From Polyangiaceae bacterium (GTDB taxonomy: Bacteria > Myxococcota_A > Polyangia > Polyangiales > Polyangiaceae): a stretch of 64,000 nucleotides of DNA. Location of the stretch: NCBI GenBank assembly GCA_044376115.1, contig JBILLK010000027.1:64001-128000 (forward strand), in the 5' to 3' direction. Below are positions 18,524 to 32,327 of this stretch, piece by piece. The position numbers and the translations under genes are program-made. The notes under the pieces were generated by a model. That model worked only from the letters and a program-made list of their open reading frames with translations, was not told the DNA's origin and did not search any database. The number at the start of each line of letters is the position of its first letter. Position 1 is the first letter of the stretch.

Positions 18524-19455
18524 GGTGTGCTCTCTTCCTTGGGCAGGAGGTTCTCTTCCGATTGCTCAAGGCCGCTTTGCTTGCCCCTAGTCGTCCAGCG
18601 TTGCGCGAGCCGCTCCACCGGAAAGAACGGGGCGAAGGCGAAACCGAACAGAGGAAACGGAAAGAAGATCCACATCACGAGCAGCACGCCAAAATGGAAG
18701 CTCCACATCGCTACGGCCCAGTAGCGACCAAGCCGCTCAGAGAGCAGCGCTAGCGGCGCCCCCAACTCGAGTACCAACGCGAAGACCGCGAGCGGCGGAA
18801 ATAGCCAACTATGGTGAGCCAGCCAAATGCCAATAGGAGAATAGGAGTCACCCAGGAGCAGCTTGCGCAGGTTGTCGTGCGCGACGTGATTGCGCAGTAT
18901 TTCTCCGCCGGCCCATGAGATGCCGGTGACCCGCAGTTTGGCGACCCCGGCGAGGACATACGCAAATACCGTCGCAATGGCCAGCGCCCGAACGCCAAAA
19001 CCAAAACGCCGTGCTGGAGCTGCGGTCGGCTGCCTGCGCGCGTCGAGGCTGTAGGCGGCAGCGGCGTCGGTGAAGGAAAGCAGGCAGACCTGAAGCACCA
19101 TCAGGTTCTCGGTGTGGAACACCATGCCAAAGGAGTTGCGGTAGCTCAGCGTCCAAAGAATGCTGGCCGCGAATAGCGGCGCTACGAGCCGAAAGCGGTA
19201 TCCAACTAAAAATAGCAGCGCGAGTACGATGGAGAGTGCGTGAACTGCGATCGTAACCGCCGGCGCGGCTGGGCTCGTCAGTAGTTTGACCGGACCTACC
19301 GGCTGAAATAGTTCAGCTGCTTGGCGGGTCGCTTGAATGATGCCCGGCGAACGCAGCACCAGATAGACCAGGGCGAAGAAGCCCACCCCCACGCGAATGG
19401 CCGCTAACCGTTCAGCCGGAAAAACCGGCCGAAAGAAGTCATTGAGCGCTTTCAT
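18520..19455 (-). CDS. HTTM-domain membrane protein
   Basis: RLAAIRV, LVGYRFR, YSLDA, YVLAGVAKL...W..G, LELGAP, FHFGV. Confidence 0.85.
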   Translation of the reverse strand: MKALNDFFRPVFPAERLAAIRVGVGFFALVYLVLRSPGIIQATRQAAELFQPVGPVKLLTSPAAPAVTIAVHALSIVLALLFLVGYRFRLVAPLFAASILWTLSYRNSFGMVFHTENLMVLQVCLLSFTDAAAAYSLDARRQPTAAPARRFGFGVRALAIATVFAYVLAGVAKLRVTGISWAGGEILRNHVAHDNLRKLLLGDSYSPIGIWLAHHSWLFPPLAVFALVLELGAPLALLSERLGRYWAVAMWSFHFGVLLVMWIFFPFPLFGFAFAPFFPVERLAQRWTTRGKQSGLEQSEENLLPKEESTP

Positions 19456-19907
19456 CGGTCGACCTTGCAGTGGGCGTGCACCGTCTTCTTTTGAATGGCT
19501 GCGCTGGGGTCCTCGAAGTACTTCAAGGTGTCGTAGGTGACGGTGCGCATCTCGACAGCCTTGGCACCGGCAAATTCAGGGTCCGCGTTGACCTGCTTGG
19601 CCAAGTCCCAACACAGCTCCATCTGCGCGCGCTTGCCCCGCTTCTGTGTATTGATCAGCGTGACTTTGGCTTGCAGTACCTCGTCTGTGCCGAAGAAGCG
19701 CGGCTCGAGCGGGACTTCCCGACCGCCATCGAATACGGCGACTGCGTGCGTGACCGCGGTCCTTTCGTCTTGCCGGGTGGAGAACATGGCGTAAGCCGAG
19801 AACGGAAAGTCATCACGCGGCTGCGGCCACAAGGTGGGGGAGGCCATCAACAGCAGGACTGCTGATAGCAGCAGTATTTGAAAGGCTGGATGGTCGAGCA
19901 CTCGCAT
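19452..19907 (-). CDS. Small membrane-anchored partner of the HTTM protein
   Basis: N-terminal TM, DFPFSAYAMFS, two Cys. 4-bp overlap with the HTTM gene. Start uncertain (19907 or 19946). Confidence 0.7.
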   Translation of the reverse strand: MRVLDHPAFQILLLSAVLLLMASPTLWPQPRDDFPFSAYAMFSTRQDERTAVTHAVAVFDGGREVPLEPRFFGTDEVLQAKVTLINTQKRGKRAQMELCWDLAKQVNADPEFAGAKAVEMRTVTYDTLKYFEDPSAAIQKKTVHAHCKVDR

Positions 19908-19952
19908 TTCTGTCGCTACGTTGGCGCGAAGCGGAGCAAGCCGCAAGACGCT

Positions 19953-23302
<3,350 letters not shown>

Positions 23303-23306
<4 letters not shown>

Positions 23307-26300
23307 GGCCGCGCCCGGAGTTTATCGAGCTGCTGCAGTAGCTCGGGTAGCGGCGGCTTTCGTTTGCGCTCGACGCGGCCCTCCTCGTTCGGACCACAAA
23401 CGACGATATAGGGGCAGGTCTTGCAAGCGTCTTTGCGTGGATAAGCGACGAGGGTTCCTGCTTGCACCGCCTCTTCCACCAGATCGAGCACGGCCAAGGC
23501 ATCTCGCTGTGTTGCTCGCTGGACCGGGACGGCGACAGGGCGGCCGGCGCCTTTTTCGTTAGAATAGTAGAGGCGCGACTCAACGATATCTCGCGGGCTG
23601 CCAGCGCGCACGAGCAGCGCCTCCAGCGCCAAGGCGTAGAGCAAGGGTTGCAGCATCTCACCCCCGCCGATCACGGGCTGCTTGAAGCTCGCGCGGGGGG
23701 CCTTACCGGTCTTGAAGTCGGTGATGCGCAGCTCCCCTGACGGAGCTTGTTCGACTGCGTCCAGCGCTCCTAGCAGCAATGCGCCATTGGGGAGGCAAAC
23801 CGCGTCCTCGGAGCTTGTTTCGTCGAGGTGCTCGCGCACCGGGAGCCCGAAGCTCAAGTCCCCGTAGAGCGGCCGGAAGCCCTCGCCCGCGAGCTCAACG
23901 AAGTAGCCCGATAGCTCCGCCACGAGCCGCTCGACTTCGCGTTCAAAGACCCGGGCAATCCGCGGAGCCGCCTCGGCACGGAGTCGATCGGCCTCTTGCG
24001 TGGCGATCGTGCGGCATAGGCTGGTTATCTGCTGCGGGTCGAGCTCGGGCTTGCCGCGGAGCTCGCGCGTGAGCAGGGCTTGGCAACGGTGGTAAAGCTC
24101 TCCAAAGACGCGCGGTTCGAGGCGGTCGCGATCACTCGCCGGTACGATTTGTGGCCTTAGCCCGACCACGGCTCGCAAGAAGAAGCGATACGGACAGGCC
24201 GCAAAGAGCTCCAACGTGGAAGGTGCATAAGCGCGCTCTCGCAGCGACCGGCCGGTCAGCAGCTGGCTCTTCGGGTTGGTGAGGAAGCCGTCGCAATCGG
24301 TGAATAGCGTCTTGTTGTTGCGTTTGAAGCGGGAAGCCAGGGCGCCAAACAAATGTGGCGATGACCCAAATAGAAATCGCGCGGAGCCGCGGGGAGCGGC
24401 AGCGCCGGCCGCACGCAAGCCACGCAGGTGCGCTAATGCATATTCAGTTCGGTCAATCGCGGTGTCGGCCGAATGCGGGCCAGGCCAAAGCAATGACGTT
24501 TGGGCGCGTGCTTTGGCGCGTGACTCGAGCTGCTCCAACGAATCGATGCTGCGAGTCAGCGCGCGGCTCGCTTCAACGAAGAAGGCGCTCGGCACGCGCC
24601 CGCGACCCGCCGAGAGATCCACGCGTGAGTAGGAGCAGAAGAGCCGCTCGGTGGCCGAGCCAATAGCCATCAAAAAGCGTAGGCGTTCCCGCTCGTAACG
24701 AGCCGAATTGGTCGCGAGCAGCTGGACCTCCTGCCTCAGCGTGTCGGGCAGCAGTGGGTCCTCGCGCGGGCTCGCCGGGAACGTCCCGTCGGCCAGCCCG
24801 GTGATGAAGACCACGCGCCGTGCGCGCGCCGCCATGCCCTCTGGCGTGGTGATGAGCACCTTGCCGAACGGCGAGCCGCTCGGTCGCGACTCGAGCCAGG
24901 AGAGCCTCGAGCCAAGTAGCCCAACCACGTGCAATAGCTCGACCTCGTTGTCACGCGAGAGCAGCGGGTGAAGTTCGGTCAGCGTCGCAAGCAAAAGCTC
25001 CGGACGGTAGATCGCCCGAGCGGCGAGCTGCTCCAGGGCGGGCAATAGCTCACGATACGGCCCTCGCTCGGGGAGGCGATCCAAGTCCTCCAAGATCGGA
25101 ATCAGGAGAACTTGCAGCTCCTGCGCCGTCGCGAGCTCGTGCTGGAGGTGCGAGCGGGCGGGCGATTCAGGTGTAACCAGAAGTCGCTCGTTTATCCGAG
25201 CCTGCGCGAAAGCGACGCGAGCGGCGACCCCTGCAGCAATCGAGTGCCTACCGCCTTCCGCCTCCAGCGGTGCGGCAAACACGCCGAGTTCAGCCAGGAA
25301 CGCGGCCCAACGACGAGGATGAGGGACTGCGGCTTTAAGCGCCGAACTCGGGACGCCCTCCGTCTCCTCGATTTTGGGTGACTGCGCGATCTCCGCTTCC
25401 TCCGGGAAGGCGCTGACCTCAGCCTGCGGGCCAGGGCCGACATGGGCGATGGATAGATATTCAAAAAGTCGCGCAGGCGAGCCACGCTCGAGCCGGCAGT
25501 GGAGCAACGCTAGGAGCGCCCGGCCCGAGGCGTCGGGCGCTCGTACGCCCTCTTCGAAGTGGGCTGGGATACCGGCTCGCGCGAGCGCTAGGCTCAGACT
25601 CTCACTGGCCGTCTGCGGCTGACTAATGACGATAGCCATCTCGTCGAACCGCACGCCGCGAGCGGCCTCTCCATGAATCGCCCGGGCGATCTCGATCGAT
25701 TCAAGGTACTCACCGGCGCCAGCGAATAGCGTGACCTCGTGCTCGAACGACGCTTGATGCGGATTGCCGTGCAGGGTCTCGATGAAGCCGGGCACTCCAT
25801 TCGCGTTGGTCCAAGTCGGTGCGCCGTTGGTTTTTGCAATTGCGCCGAGCCGCTGTTGCGTCGGTACGTCCGCGGCGGGCAACGTGGCGAGCGCCGCTGG
25901 GCTGGCCTCACACAGCGCCTGCACGAACAAGGCCTCGACCGGCGTAAGATTGATGAGGTCTGCTAGCACCACTGGTAGGCCGGGGGCCGTGTTGTGCTTT
26001 AGGGCGAGCGCCGCGGTCAGATAGAGGTCGCGCTCGGCAGCGATCTTCAGCTCTTGGACGATTGCGAGATACGCGTCGTAGAACGGGAGCAACGCGAGGC
26101 CGTCTGCGGTGCGCAGCAGGTCGGTTTGCAGCACGAGTTCACGCGGCTCGAGGGTGCTTTCGAGCTCGTGGAGGGTGGCGGCCAAGGCCCGCGCGAACCC
26201 CGGCGTATGAACGGCTTGTGGCAGCGGTCGCGGCGCCTGGCGAGCCACCGTCTCCAGCGCAGCTGCGACCAGCGCCTCTCGTGCAAGCCGGGTTGGTGGG

Positions 26301-26545
26301 ATGGTCTTGTCTGCGAGCAGTTGCGGCAGCGCCAGCTCGGTGGCCAAGCCGCGCAACGTGCAACGGCGCAGCCCGAAGGTATGGCCCTTGGCCTGGGTGC
26401 GGCGAAACACGAGCTCGTCGAGCGGAGTGCGTCGGCGCGCGCAAACGAGTACTTCGCTCTCGCGCTGCAGCCCATCCAAAAACCGAGTGATGGCCTCTTG
26501 GCGCACTGGCGCTAGCGGCGAAACGCACAGCTCGAGCTTGGCCAC
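23303..26545 (-). CDS. addB: AddB-like inactive helicase with PD-(D/E)XK nuclease and Fe-S cysteines
   Basis: ACPYRFF, GALD...ITDFKTG, QPLLY, CKTCPYIVVC. GTG start, 4-bp overlap with addA. Confidence 0.88.
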
Positions 26546-26559
26546 CGTGCGCGCTCCGA

Positions 26560-27636
26560 CTAACCGCGGAGCGAGGCGACGACGCGCAGGAAGTTCTCGC
26601 CGAGGACCTTCTGCACCGTATCGTGGGAGAGCCCACGTTTGAGTAGCGCCTCACAAAGCCGAGGGAGCTCCAAGCAGGTTGGCATGTCGCGGGGGGTGGA
26701 GATGGCCCCGTCCCAATCGCTGCCCAAGGACGCGTGGTCAGGGCCAACCACCTTGATGATGTGCTCCAAGTGGGCGGCGACGCTGTCCAGCTTGCCCGAG
26801 AACTTCCCGTCGCCCAGGAAGGTTGGTTCGTACATGACGCCGATGGTCCCGCCGCTTTTAGCCACTGCTTTGAGCTGGTCGTCATCGAGGTTGCGCCAAT
26901 GCTCGAACACGCCCGATACCCCAGTATGGGTGACCAGCAGCGGCTGGGTTTTATCGGAGCATTCAACGGCGTCCCAAAAGCCCCGCTTCGAGATGTGAGC
27001 CAAATCCACGAAGATCTTCTTGGCGTTGAGTTGCTCAATCACCTCGCGACCGCGCGCGGTCAGGCCCGTATCCGTGCGACTGCCGAGCGGGCTACTGGTT
27101 TGACCGAGGCCCGATTCGGTCAAGTGCACCAGGGTCACGCGCAGGATGCGGTCATCGAGATAGGTCTCGAGCGCGGCTTTGCTTTCCTCGAGCGCGTTAC
27201 CACCCTGAATCCCAAGAAACGCGCCGTGTTTTCCTTGCGCACGCGCCGCTCGATATTGGGCTGCTGTGCGCACGACGCTGAACTGCTCGCTGACGCTCTG
27301 GAAGATGCTCTCCAGCTGCGCGAGGTTGTTGCGGAAGGCCGTGGTTCGCTCGCTTTGGACCTTGAACGGGTTGGTGGTGATGACCCACGTTGCGCCGGTG
27401 ACCTGGGCCTCCAAGATCCGCGGGAAGTCCACCTGCGAGTAGAAGTTGGCTCGCAGGAGGCCGTGGTCATGTCGCTCGGTCAGATCGTAGCCCCACACGC
27501 GCGTCCAAATGAACGAGTCGATGTGCAGGTCGATCACCTCGCTCGCGAGGTAAAGATCGACCGCCTCTTTCGACACTTCGAGCGAACGCGCCCAGGCCGC
27601 AGGGTCCTTCCGGTGGTCTTCGTAATCGAGCCGCAT
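26560..27636 (-). CDS. Membrane dipeptidase (peptidase M19) family
   Basis: IDLHID, VDLAHIS, VTHT, RNLDDDQL, LGSDWDG, LGENFLRV. Confidence 0.92.
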   Translation of the reverse strand: MRLDYEDHRKDPAAWARSLEVSKEAVDLYLASEVIDLHIDSFIWTRVWGYDLTERHDHGLLRANFYSQVDFPRILEAQVTGATWVITTNPFKVQSERTTAFRNNLAQLESIFQSVSEQFSVVRTAAQYRAARAQGKHGAFLGIQGGNALEESKAALETYLDDRILRVTLVHLTESGLGQTSSPLGSRTDTGLTARGREVIEQLNAKKIFVDLAHISKRGFWDAVECSDKTQPLLVTHTGVSGVFEHWRNLDDDQLKAVAKSGGTIGVMYEPTFLGDGKFSGKLDSVAAHLEHIIKVVGPDHASLGSDWDGAISTPRDMPTCLELPRLCEALLKRGLSHDTVQKVLGENFLRVVASLRG

Positions 27637-27656
27637 GCGCGGAGCCTACGCTCGAA

Positions 27657-28091
27657 TCAACCGGCGTGTTTCTCGAGCAGGCCAGCGAGGCGCGGCACCG
27701 CTTCTTCCACGTGCTTCTTGGCGGAGCCACGCAGCATTTTGTAGGTGCTCTTGACCATACCGCTCTTCGATCGCTCGACCTTGGCGTCGGAAACGGAGAG
27801 CAGCGCGTCGGCGACGATGCCGCGGTTCTTCTCGAAGTGGTTGCGCGGGTTGCCTGCCTTGACGCCGTCTTCCCAGACCGGCTCGAGCTTCTTCGCCATG
27901 TCCGGCAGCAGGTGACCAACGGCCTCTTTGATGAAGCCCGGCTTGATGCTCTTGACGGCGTTGTAGCCGTTTTTTACCGCGAAGCCGGAGATGCCACTTT
28001 TCGAGGCGACCTCGTCGTCTACGAGTTTCACTGCTTCGTCGATGATGGCGGATTTCTTGGCTTCGTCGGAGAGAGCGTCGGACAGTCCCAT
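27657..28091 (-). CDS. Conserved hypothetical protein (DUF6918-like)
   Basis: LVDDEVASKSGISGFAVK..Y..VK.IKPG, VADALLSVSD. Family recalled, not searched. Confidence 0.75.
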   Translation of the reverse strand: MGLSDALSDEAKKSAIIDEAVKLVDDEVASKSGISGFAVKNGYNAVKSIKPGFIKEAVGHLLPDMAKKLEPVWEDGVKAGNPRNHFEKNRGIVADALLSVSDAKVERSKSGMVKSTYKMLRGSAKKHVEEAVPRLAGLLEKHAG

Positions 28092-28240
28092 AAGGGGCTC
28101 GTAGCACAGTTCAAGCGTCGTTTGCTGCTGTGAAAACGACGCAAAGGCAGCCGCCGAAGGGCTACCGCTGCGGTTTTGCGAGCGAGGCCATCCGTGCTAG
28201 GGGAGATCCGCTACTCAGTCCAGCCGGAGGCATTCCCTGT

Positions 28241-28771
28241 ATGAAAACCGCTTCGATCGCGTCTTCAGCCGTTCTTCTTTTCACGCTCGCAGCGTGCGGA
28301 GATGAACCCAAGCCGCAAACAGCGGATGACGTTACGTCGTCGACGCCTGCCAGCTCCGTAAAGAAGACGGATGGCGCGGCGTCCAGCCCCGACACCCAGA
28401 GCGGCGTGAAAATCGACGACAAGATCACCAAGGCCTGCGGCGACCTGCCGACGGCGCGCTTCGCCTTCGATTCGGCGGAGGTCTCTCCCGAGGCCACCAA
28501 CGTGCTCGACGCTTTGGCTCGTTGCTTCATCTCCGGGCCCTTGAAGGGCAAGGGGATTCGTCTTGTTGGCCACGCCGATCCGAACGGCCCTGCGGAATAC
28601 AACATCGGGCTCGGCCAACGCCGCGCCGGTTCGATCGGTAACTTCCTTGCGAAGAAGGGCCTCGAGGAGAAGCGCATCACTGCCACCTCGCTCGGCGAGC
28701 TCGAGGCAACCGGCACCGACGAGACGGGCTGGGCGGCTGACCGCAAGGTCGAGATTTTGCTGGCCGAGTGA
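28241..28771 (+). CDS. pal: OmpA/Pal-family peptidoglycan-associated lipoprotein
   Basis: Lipobox LAAC, FAFDS, GHADPNG..YNIGLGQRRA, DRKVE. Start ATG 28241. Confidence 0.88.
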   Translation: MKTASIASSAVLLFTLAACGDEPKPQTADDVTSSTPASSVKKTDGAASSPDTQSGVKIDDKITKACGDLPTARFAFDSAEVSPEATNVLDALARCFISGPLKGKGIRLVGHADPNGPAEYNIGLGQRRAGSIGNFLAKKGLEEKRITATSLGELEATGTDETGWAADRKVEILLAE

Positions 28772-29520
28772 TTGTGAAGAACCTCTTGCAAGGCTGGTTG
28801 CTCGCGCGCGCTCCGGAGCCTGAGGTCAAATCGCTGAACGCGATCGACTCGATGCTCCACGCCTCCGGCGTCGAGTTCGCGCTGTTTTGGGTCTTGGTGC
28901 TGATGGCGGTGGCCGCCTGGGCCATCGCCATCCTGAAGGTCCTGCAGATCGGCCGCATGCGCGGTGCGCTGCATGCCTTCGAGAAGGAGGTCTTCAACTT
29001 CGTCGAGGCCAAGGATCTGTTCGTGGTGGCTCAGCGTAACGCTGGGTCGCCGGGAGCGCGCATCGTGCTCGCGCTCTCACGTCGCGGCGGCAGTGAGAAG
29101 ATCCTCGAGTCGATCGCCAAGCGCGCGCTGGTGGTCGAGCAGCAGCGTGCCAACCGTTTGATGACGGTGCTCGCATCGATCGCGGCCTCGGCGCCGTTCG
29201 TCGGTTTGCTCGGCACGGTCTACGGCATCATGGAGGCCTTCCAGCAGATCGGCGTGCAAAAAAGCGCAAGTCTGCCGGTGGTTGCCCCGGCGATCGGCGC
29301 GGCGCTCGTGGCCACCTTGGTGGGTCTGATCGCCGCCATCCCGGCGCTCATCTTCTACAACCTGTTGAATCGATACGCCGACGACTTCGTCTCCGAGTTG
29401 GAGACAGCGAGTGAAGCGTGGGTGACCATCGTTGCGGAGAGCGACCAGCGCTTGAGCGTGCCAGCCGACCGCACGGTTCGCGGCATGTCTCAACCTCCCA
29501 TGCCGTACGGCGGGGGCTGA
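28768..29520 (+). CDS. tolQ: TolQ/ExbB/MotA proton channel
   Basis: APFVGLLGTVYGIM, VAPAIGAALVAT..GL..AIPA. Confidence 0.9.
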   Translation: MIVKNLLQGWLLARAPEPEVKSLNAIDSMLHASGVEFALFWVLVLMAVAAWAIAILKVLQIGRMRGALHAFEKEVFNFVEAKDLFVVAQRNAGSPGARIVLALSRRGGSEKILESIAKRALVVEQQRANRLMTVLASIAASAPFVGLLGTVYGIMEAFQQIGVQKSASLPVVAPAIGAALVATLVGLIAAIPALIFYNLLNRYADDFVSELETASEAWVTIVAESDQRLSVPADRTVRGMSQPPMPYGGG

Positions 29521-29523
29521 CGC

Positions 29524-30021
29524 GTGGGCGCGAGCATCGGCGGGGGCCGCAGGCGAGGGGCAGGCTTTGCGGACATCAACGTGACGCCGCTCGTCGACGT
29601 CATGTTGGTGTTGCTGGTCGTGTTCATGATCACGGCGCCCCTGCTTGCCACGGGCCTGCGAGTAGAGCTACCGGAGGTGCAAGCCACCGAGTCTCCGCTC
29701 AAAGACACCAAGCTCGTAATCACCGTCACCAAAGAGGAGAAAATCCTGTTTGGCGAGCGGGATGTAACGGCCAATGTGGAAGAAGAGCTGATCCGCAATC
29801 CGCGGATCCAGGTCGAGAAGGAACTTTACATTCGCGCGGACAAGAACGCCCGTTACGGCGTCGTGGCGCGCGTCGTCGCGGCAGCACGGCGCGCAGGCGT
29901 AGAGGGCCTCAATCTGCTGGTGCAACCGGAGATCGAGGGGGAAGACAGCCCGGCAGGTACAGGCGCAGCTCCAGCTACTGCCGCGCCCGTTACTCCTCCG
30001 CCCAAAGGGAAAAAGAAGTAA
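29524..30021 (+). CDS. tolR: TolR/ExbD
   Basis: INVTPLVDVMLVLLVVFMITAP, IRADKNARYG. Confidence 0.93.
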   Translation: MGASIGGGRRRGAGFADINVTPLVDVMLVLLVVFMITAPLLATGLRVELPEVQATESPLKDTKLVITVTKEEKILFGERDVTANVEEELIRNPRIQVEKELYIRADKNARYGVVARVVAAARRAGVEGLNLLVQPEIEGEDSPAGTGAAPATAAPVTPPPKGKKK

Positions 30022-30049
30022 TGGCGCGCTCGGCCTTTGCTGGGGGCGC

Positions 30050-30910
30050 ATGAGCTCGACCTTCAGCAGCGATTTCGCTCCCTGGGAGTTCGGTGCGGCG
30101 GTGATCATCGCCGTGGCCGTTCAGCTCGGGAGTGGCGTTGGGCTTTATCTCGCCCGTGCGCAGCCGCCGGCTGATCTCAACGAGGTGGATAAGAATCGCG
30201 AGCAGCCGGTGCGCGTGATGCCGGTGCTCGATGAAGAGGCGTTCGCTGCGGCCAAGGCCGGCGGCAAGAAGGCCGTGTTGCCGGACATGTGGCAACGCGC
30301 GCCCACCTCGGTAAAAAAGGCCATTCAAGAGAAGCCAGCTCCGCCGCCCGACGTCGCAGCGCCTTCCCCCAAAGCCGGGCTCGAGGCCTCGGCTGCGCCG
30401 GACAAGACGAAGAAGACGGAGACGGTGGAAGACGCCGGTACCGAGACAGACGCCTCGACCGAGGGCGCGGATGCCGGGCAACCCGATTCGGACGCTGACG
30501 CCGGGCCGGCCACGTTGGACTCGGATGGCGGTAAAGCCAACGGCAACGGAGAAGAGGGCTGTCTAGGCGAGGGCTGCACCAAAGACGGCAAAAACGCGGA
30601 TATCCAAGCCGCTCAATATCAGGCGCGTTTGATCAGCTTCTTCAAACGCGGCTTCACCGTGAGCGGTCTCGGCCTACCAGCTGAAGATATCGCGAAGCTT
30701 GCGGTCAGCGTGAGCGTTTCCCTGAGTGGAGACGGTGTGGTCCAGAGTTTCACCATGAGTTCGAGCGGCAACGCCACCTTCGATTCGGCGGCGCGGGCTT
30801 CGTTGCAAGGCAAGGTCGGGCAGCAAGTGCCCAACCCGCCCGAAGATCGACCGGAGCTTTCGCGCACCAGCCTCGGCTTTTCAATGGTCTGCAGCAAATC
30901 GTGCAATTGA
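30050..30910 (+). CDS. tolA: TolA/TonB-like energy transducer
   Basis: N-terminal TM, P/A/K/D linker, TonB-C motif SSGNATFDSAARA. Lies between tolR and tolB. Confidence 0.75.
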   Translation: MSSTFSSDFAPWEFGAAVIIAVAVQLGSGVGLYLARAQPPADLNEVDKNREQPVRVMPVLDEEAFAAAKAGGKKAVLPDMWQRAPTSVKKAIQEKPAPPPDVAAPSPKAGLEASAAPDKTKKTETVEDAGTETDASTEGADAGQPDSDADAGPATLDSDGGKANGNGEEGCLGEGCTKDGKNADIQAAQYQARLISFFKRGFTVSGLGLPAEDIAKLAVSVSVSLSGDGVVQSFTMSSSGNATFDSAARASLQGKVGQQVPNPPEDRPELSRTSLGFSMVCSKSCN

Positions 30911-30917
30911 GGACGGA

Positions 30918-32291
30918 ATGACAATGACTCGTGCCAACGTCAAAGTTCAAAGGGGCCTTGGAACGCGGTTTTCCAAGGTTTTTGCCGCGTTAGCGTTGGT
31001 GGCCGGTGCGCTCGTGCTTCCGAGCAAAGAGCCTCAGGCGCAACCCGCGCCGCCCGCGGCAGAAGACCCGATCGGTAATTTCGTCGTGCCGGCCGAGGCC
31101 TCCGAGCGTCCGCTGCCCAAGGTTGCCATCGCGCCTTCGCTGGCGCCCGACATGGAGGACGTCACGCTGCAAACGGTCGTGCGTCGGGATCTCGAGCTGT
31201 CCGGTGAGTTCGAGGTGTTGCCGAGCAGCGCGGCTCCGGAAGGCGCCTACGAGACCGACCGGCCGATCGTGCCGAAGGATTGGCAGGCCAAAGGTGCCGA
31301 GGTCGTGGTGCGCGTGATCGGTCGCAAGCTCGCCGATTCGAAGGTCGAGCTCGTGGCCAAGGCCTACGTGCTCTCGAGCGGCGCAGACCCTGTTTTCGAG
31401 AAGCGTCTCGAGGTCCCGCTCGATCGCGTGCGTGCCGAATCGCACTACGTTTCGGACCAAATCATCGGCGCTCTGACCGGGACGCAAGGTGGCTTCTTCA
31501 GTCACATGGCGTTCGTCTCCGGCACCGGCACCTTGCGTCGGATCTATCGCGTGGACTCCGACGGCTTTGATGCACGTCCCGTATCGCCGCCCGACCAGGT
31601 CGCGCTCGCCCCGGCGTACGGTAAAGACGGAGAGCTGTATTGGGCGGGCAGCGTTCAGAAGAGCGAGTTCAAGATCTACCGCGCGAGTGAGCCCACCACG
31701 CCGATCTCAACGAACATCCGCGGCAGCATCTATGGGCTCGGTTTCTCGCGCGACTATTCGCAGGTCGCGCTCTCGATTGGAACGTCGGAGACGGTGAAAA
31801 TTTTCTCCGGCAGCTCCTTCACGGATCTGAAAGAGGCCTCGCCCATCGGGTTGGCGTTCCGGCCTAGCTTCACCTACGCGGGCAAGCTCGGCTTCGTCGG
31901 GGAAGGCAAATTTGGCCAGCGTGTGTATGTGGACGGCAAAGCGATTTCGCCCGATGGTTTGATGGCTTCGGCGCCGACGTTCTGTCGTCATCCCGACGGC
32001 AACCGCGCGGTCTTCGCCGTGGGCGTGGGCAAGGCGACCGATCTCGTGGTCGCGCCGGAGACCGGCGGCTCCTTGGTTCGAATCACGCAGAACATGGGCT
32101 CCAACAGCTCCCCGGCGTGCAGCCCCGACGGTCGCTTGGTGGCGTTCTTTTCGACGCGCACCACCGGGGAAGGGCCGGGCCTGTACGTGATGCGGCTCGA
32201 CGGCGGACGGCCGAAGCGCGTCTCAACGCTGACCGGTGACGGCCTGCGATGGGACCGTCTGCCGCCGACCAAGTCGGTCGAAAAGAAGTAG
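30918..32291 (+). CDS. tolB: TolB beta-propeller protein
   Basis: VRRDLELSGEF, ALTGTQGGF, PD40-type repeats (SPACSPDGRLVAFFSTR). Confidence 0.9.
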   Translation: MTMTRANVKVQRGLGTRFSKVFAALALVAGALVLPSKEPQAQPAPPAAEDPIGNFVVPAEASERPLPKVAIAPSLAPDMEDVTLQTVVRRDLELSGEFEVLPSSAAPEGAYETDRPIVPKDWQAKGAEVVVRVIGRKLADSKVELVAKAYVLSSGADPVFEKRLEVPLDRVRAESHYVSDQIIGALTGTQGGFFSHMAFVSGTGTLRRIYRVDSDGFDARPVSPPDQVALAPAYGKDGELYWAGSVQKSEFKIYRASEPTTPISTNIRGSIYGLGFSRDYSQVALSIGTSETVKIFSGSSFTDLKEASPIGLAFRPSFTYAGKLGFVGEGKFGQRVYVDGKAISPDGLMASAPTFCRHPDGNRAVFAVGVGKATDLVVAPETGGSLVRITQNMGSNSSPACSPDGRLVAFFSTRTTGEGPGLYVMRLDGGRPKRVSTLTGDGLRWDRLPPTKSVEKK

Positions 32292-32327
32292 CGCGCACGT
32301 CGCGCGGCACGTGACAAAGCGAGCCCA

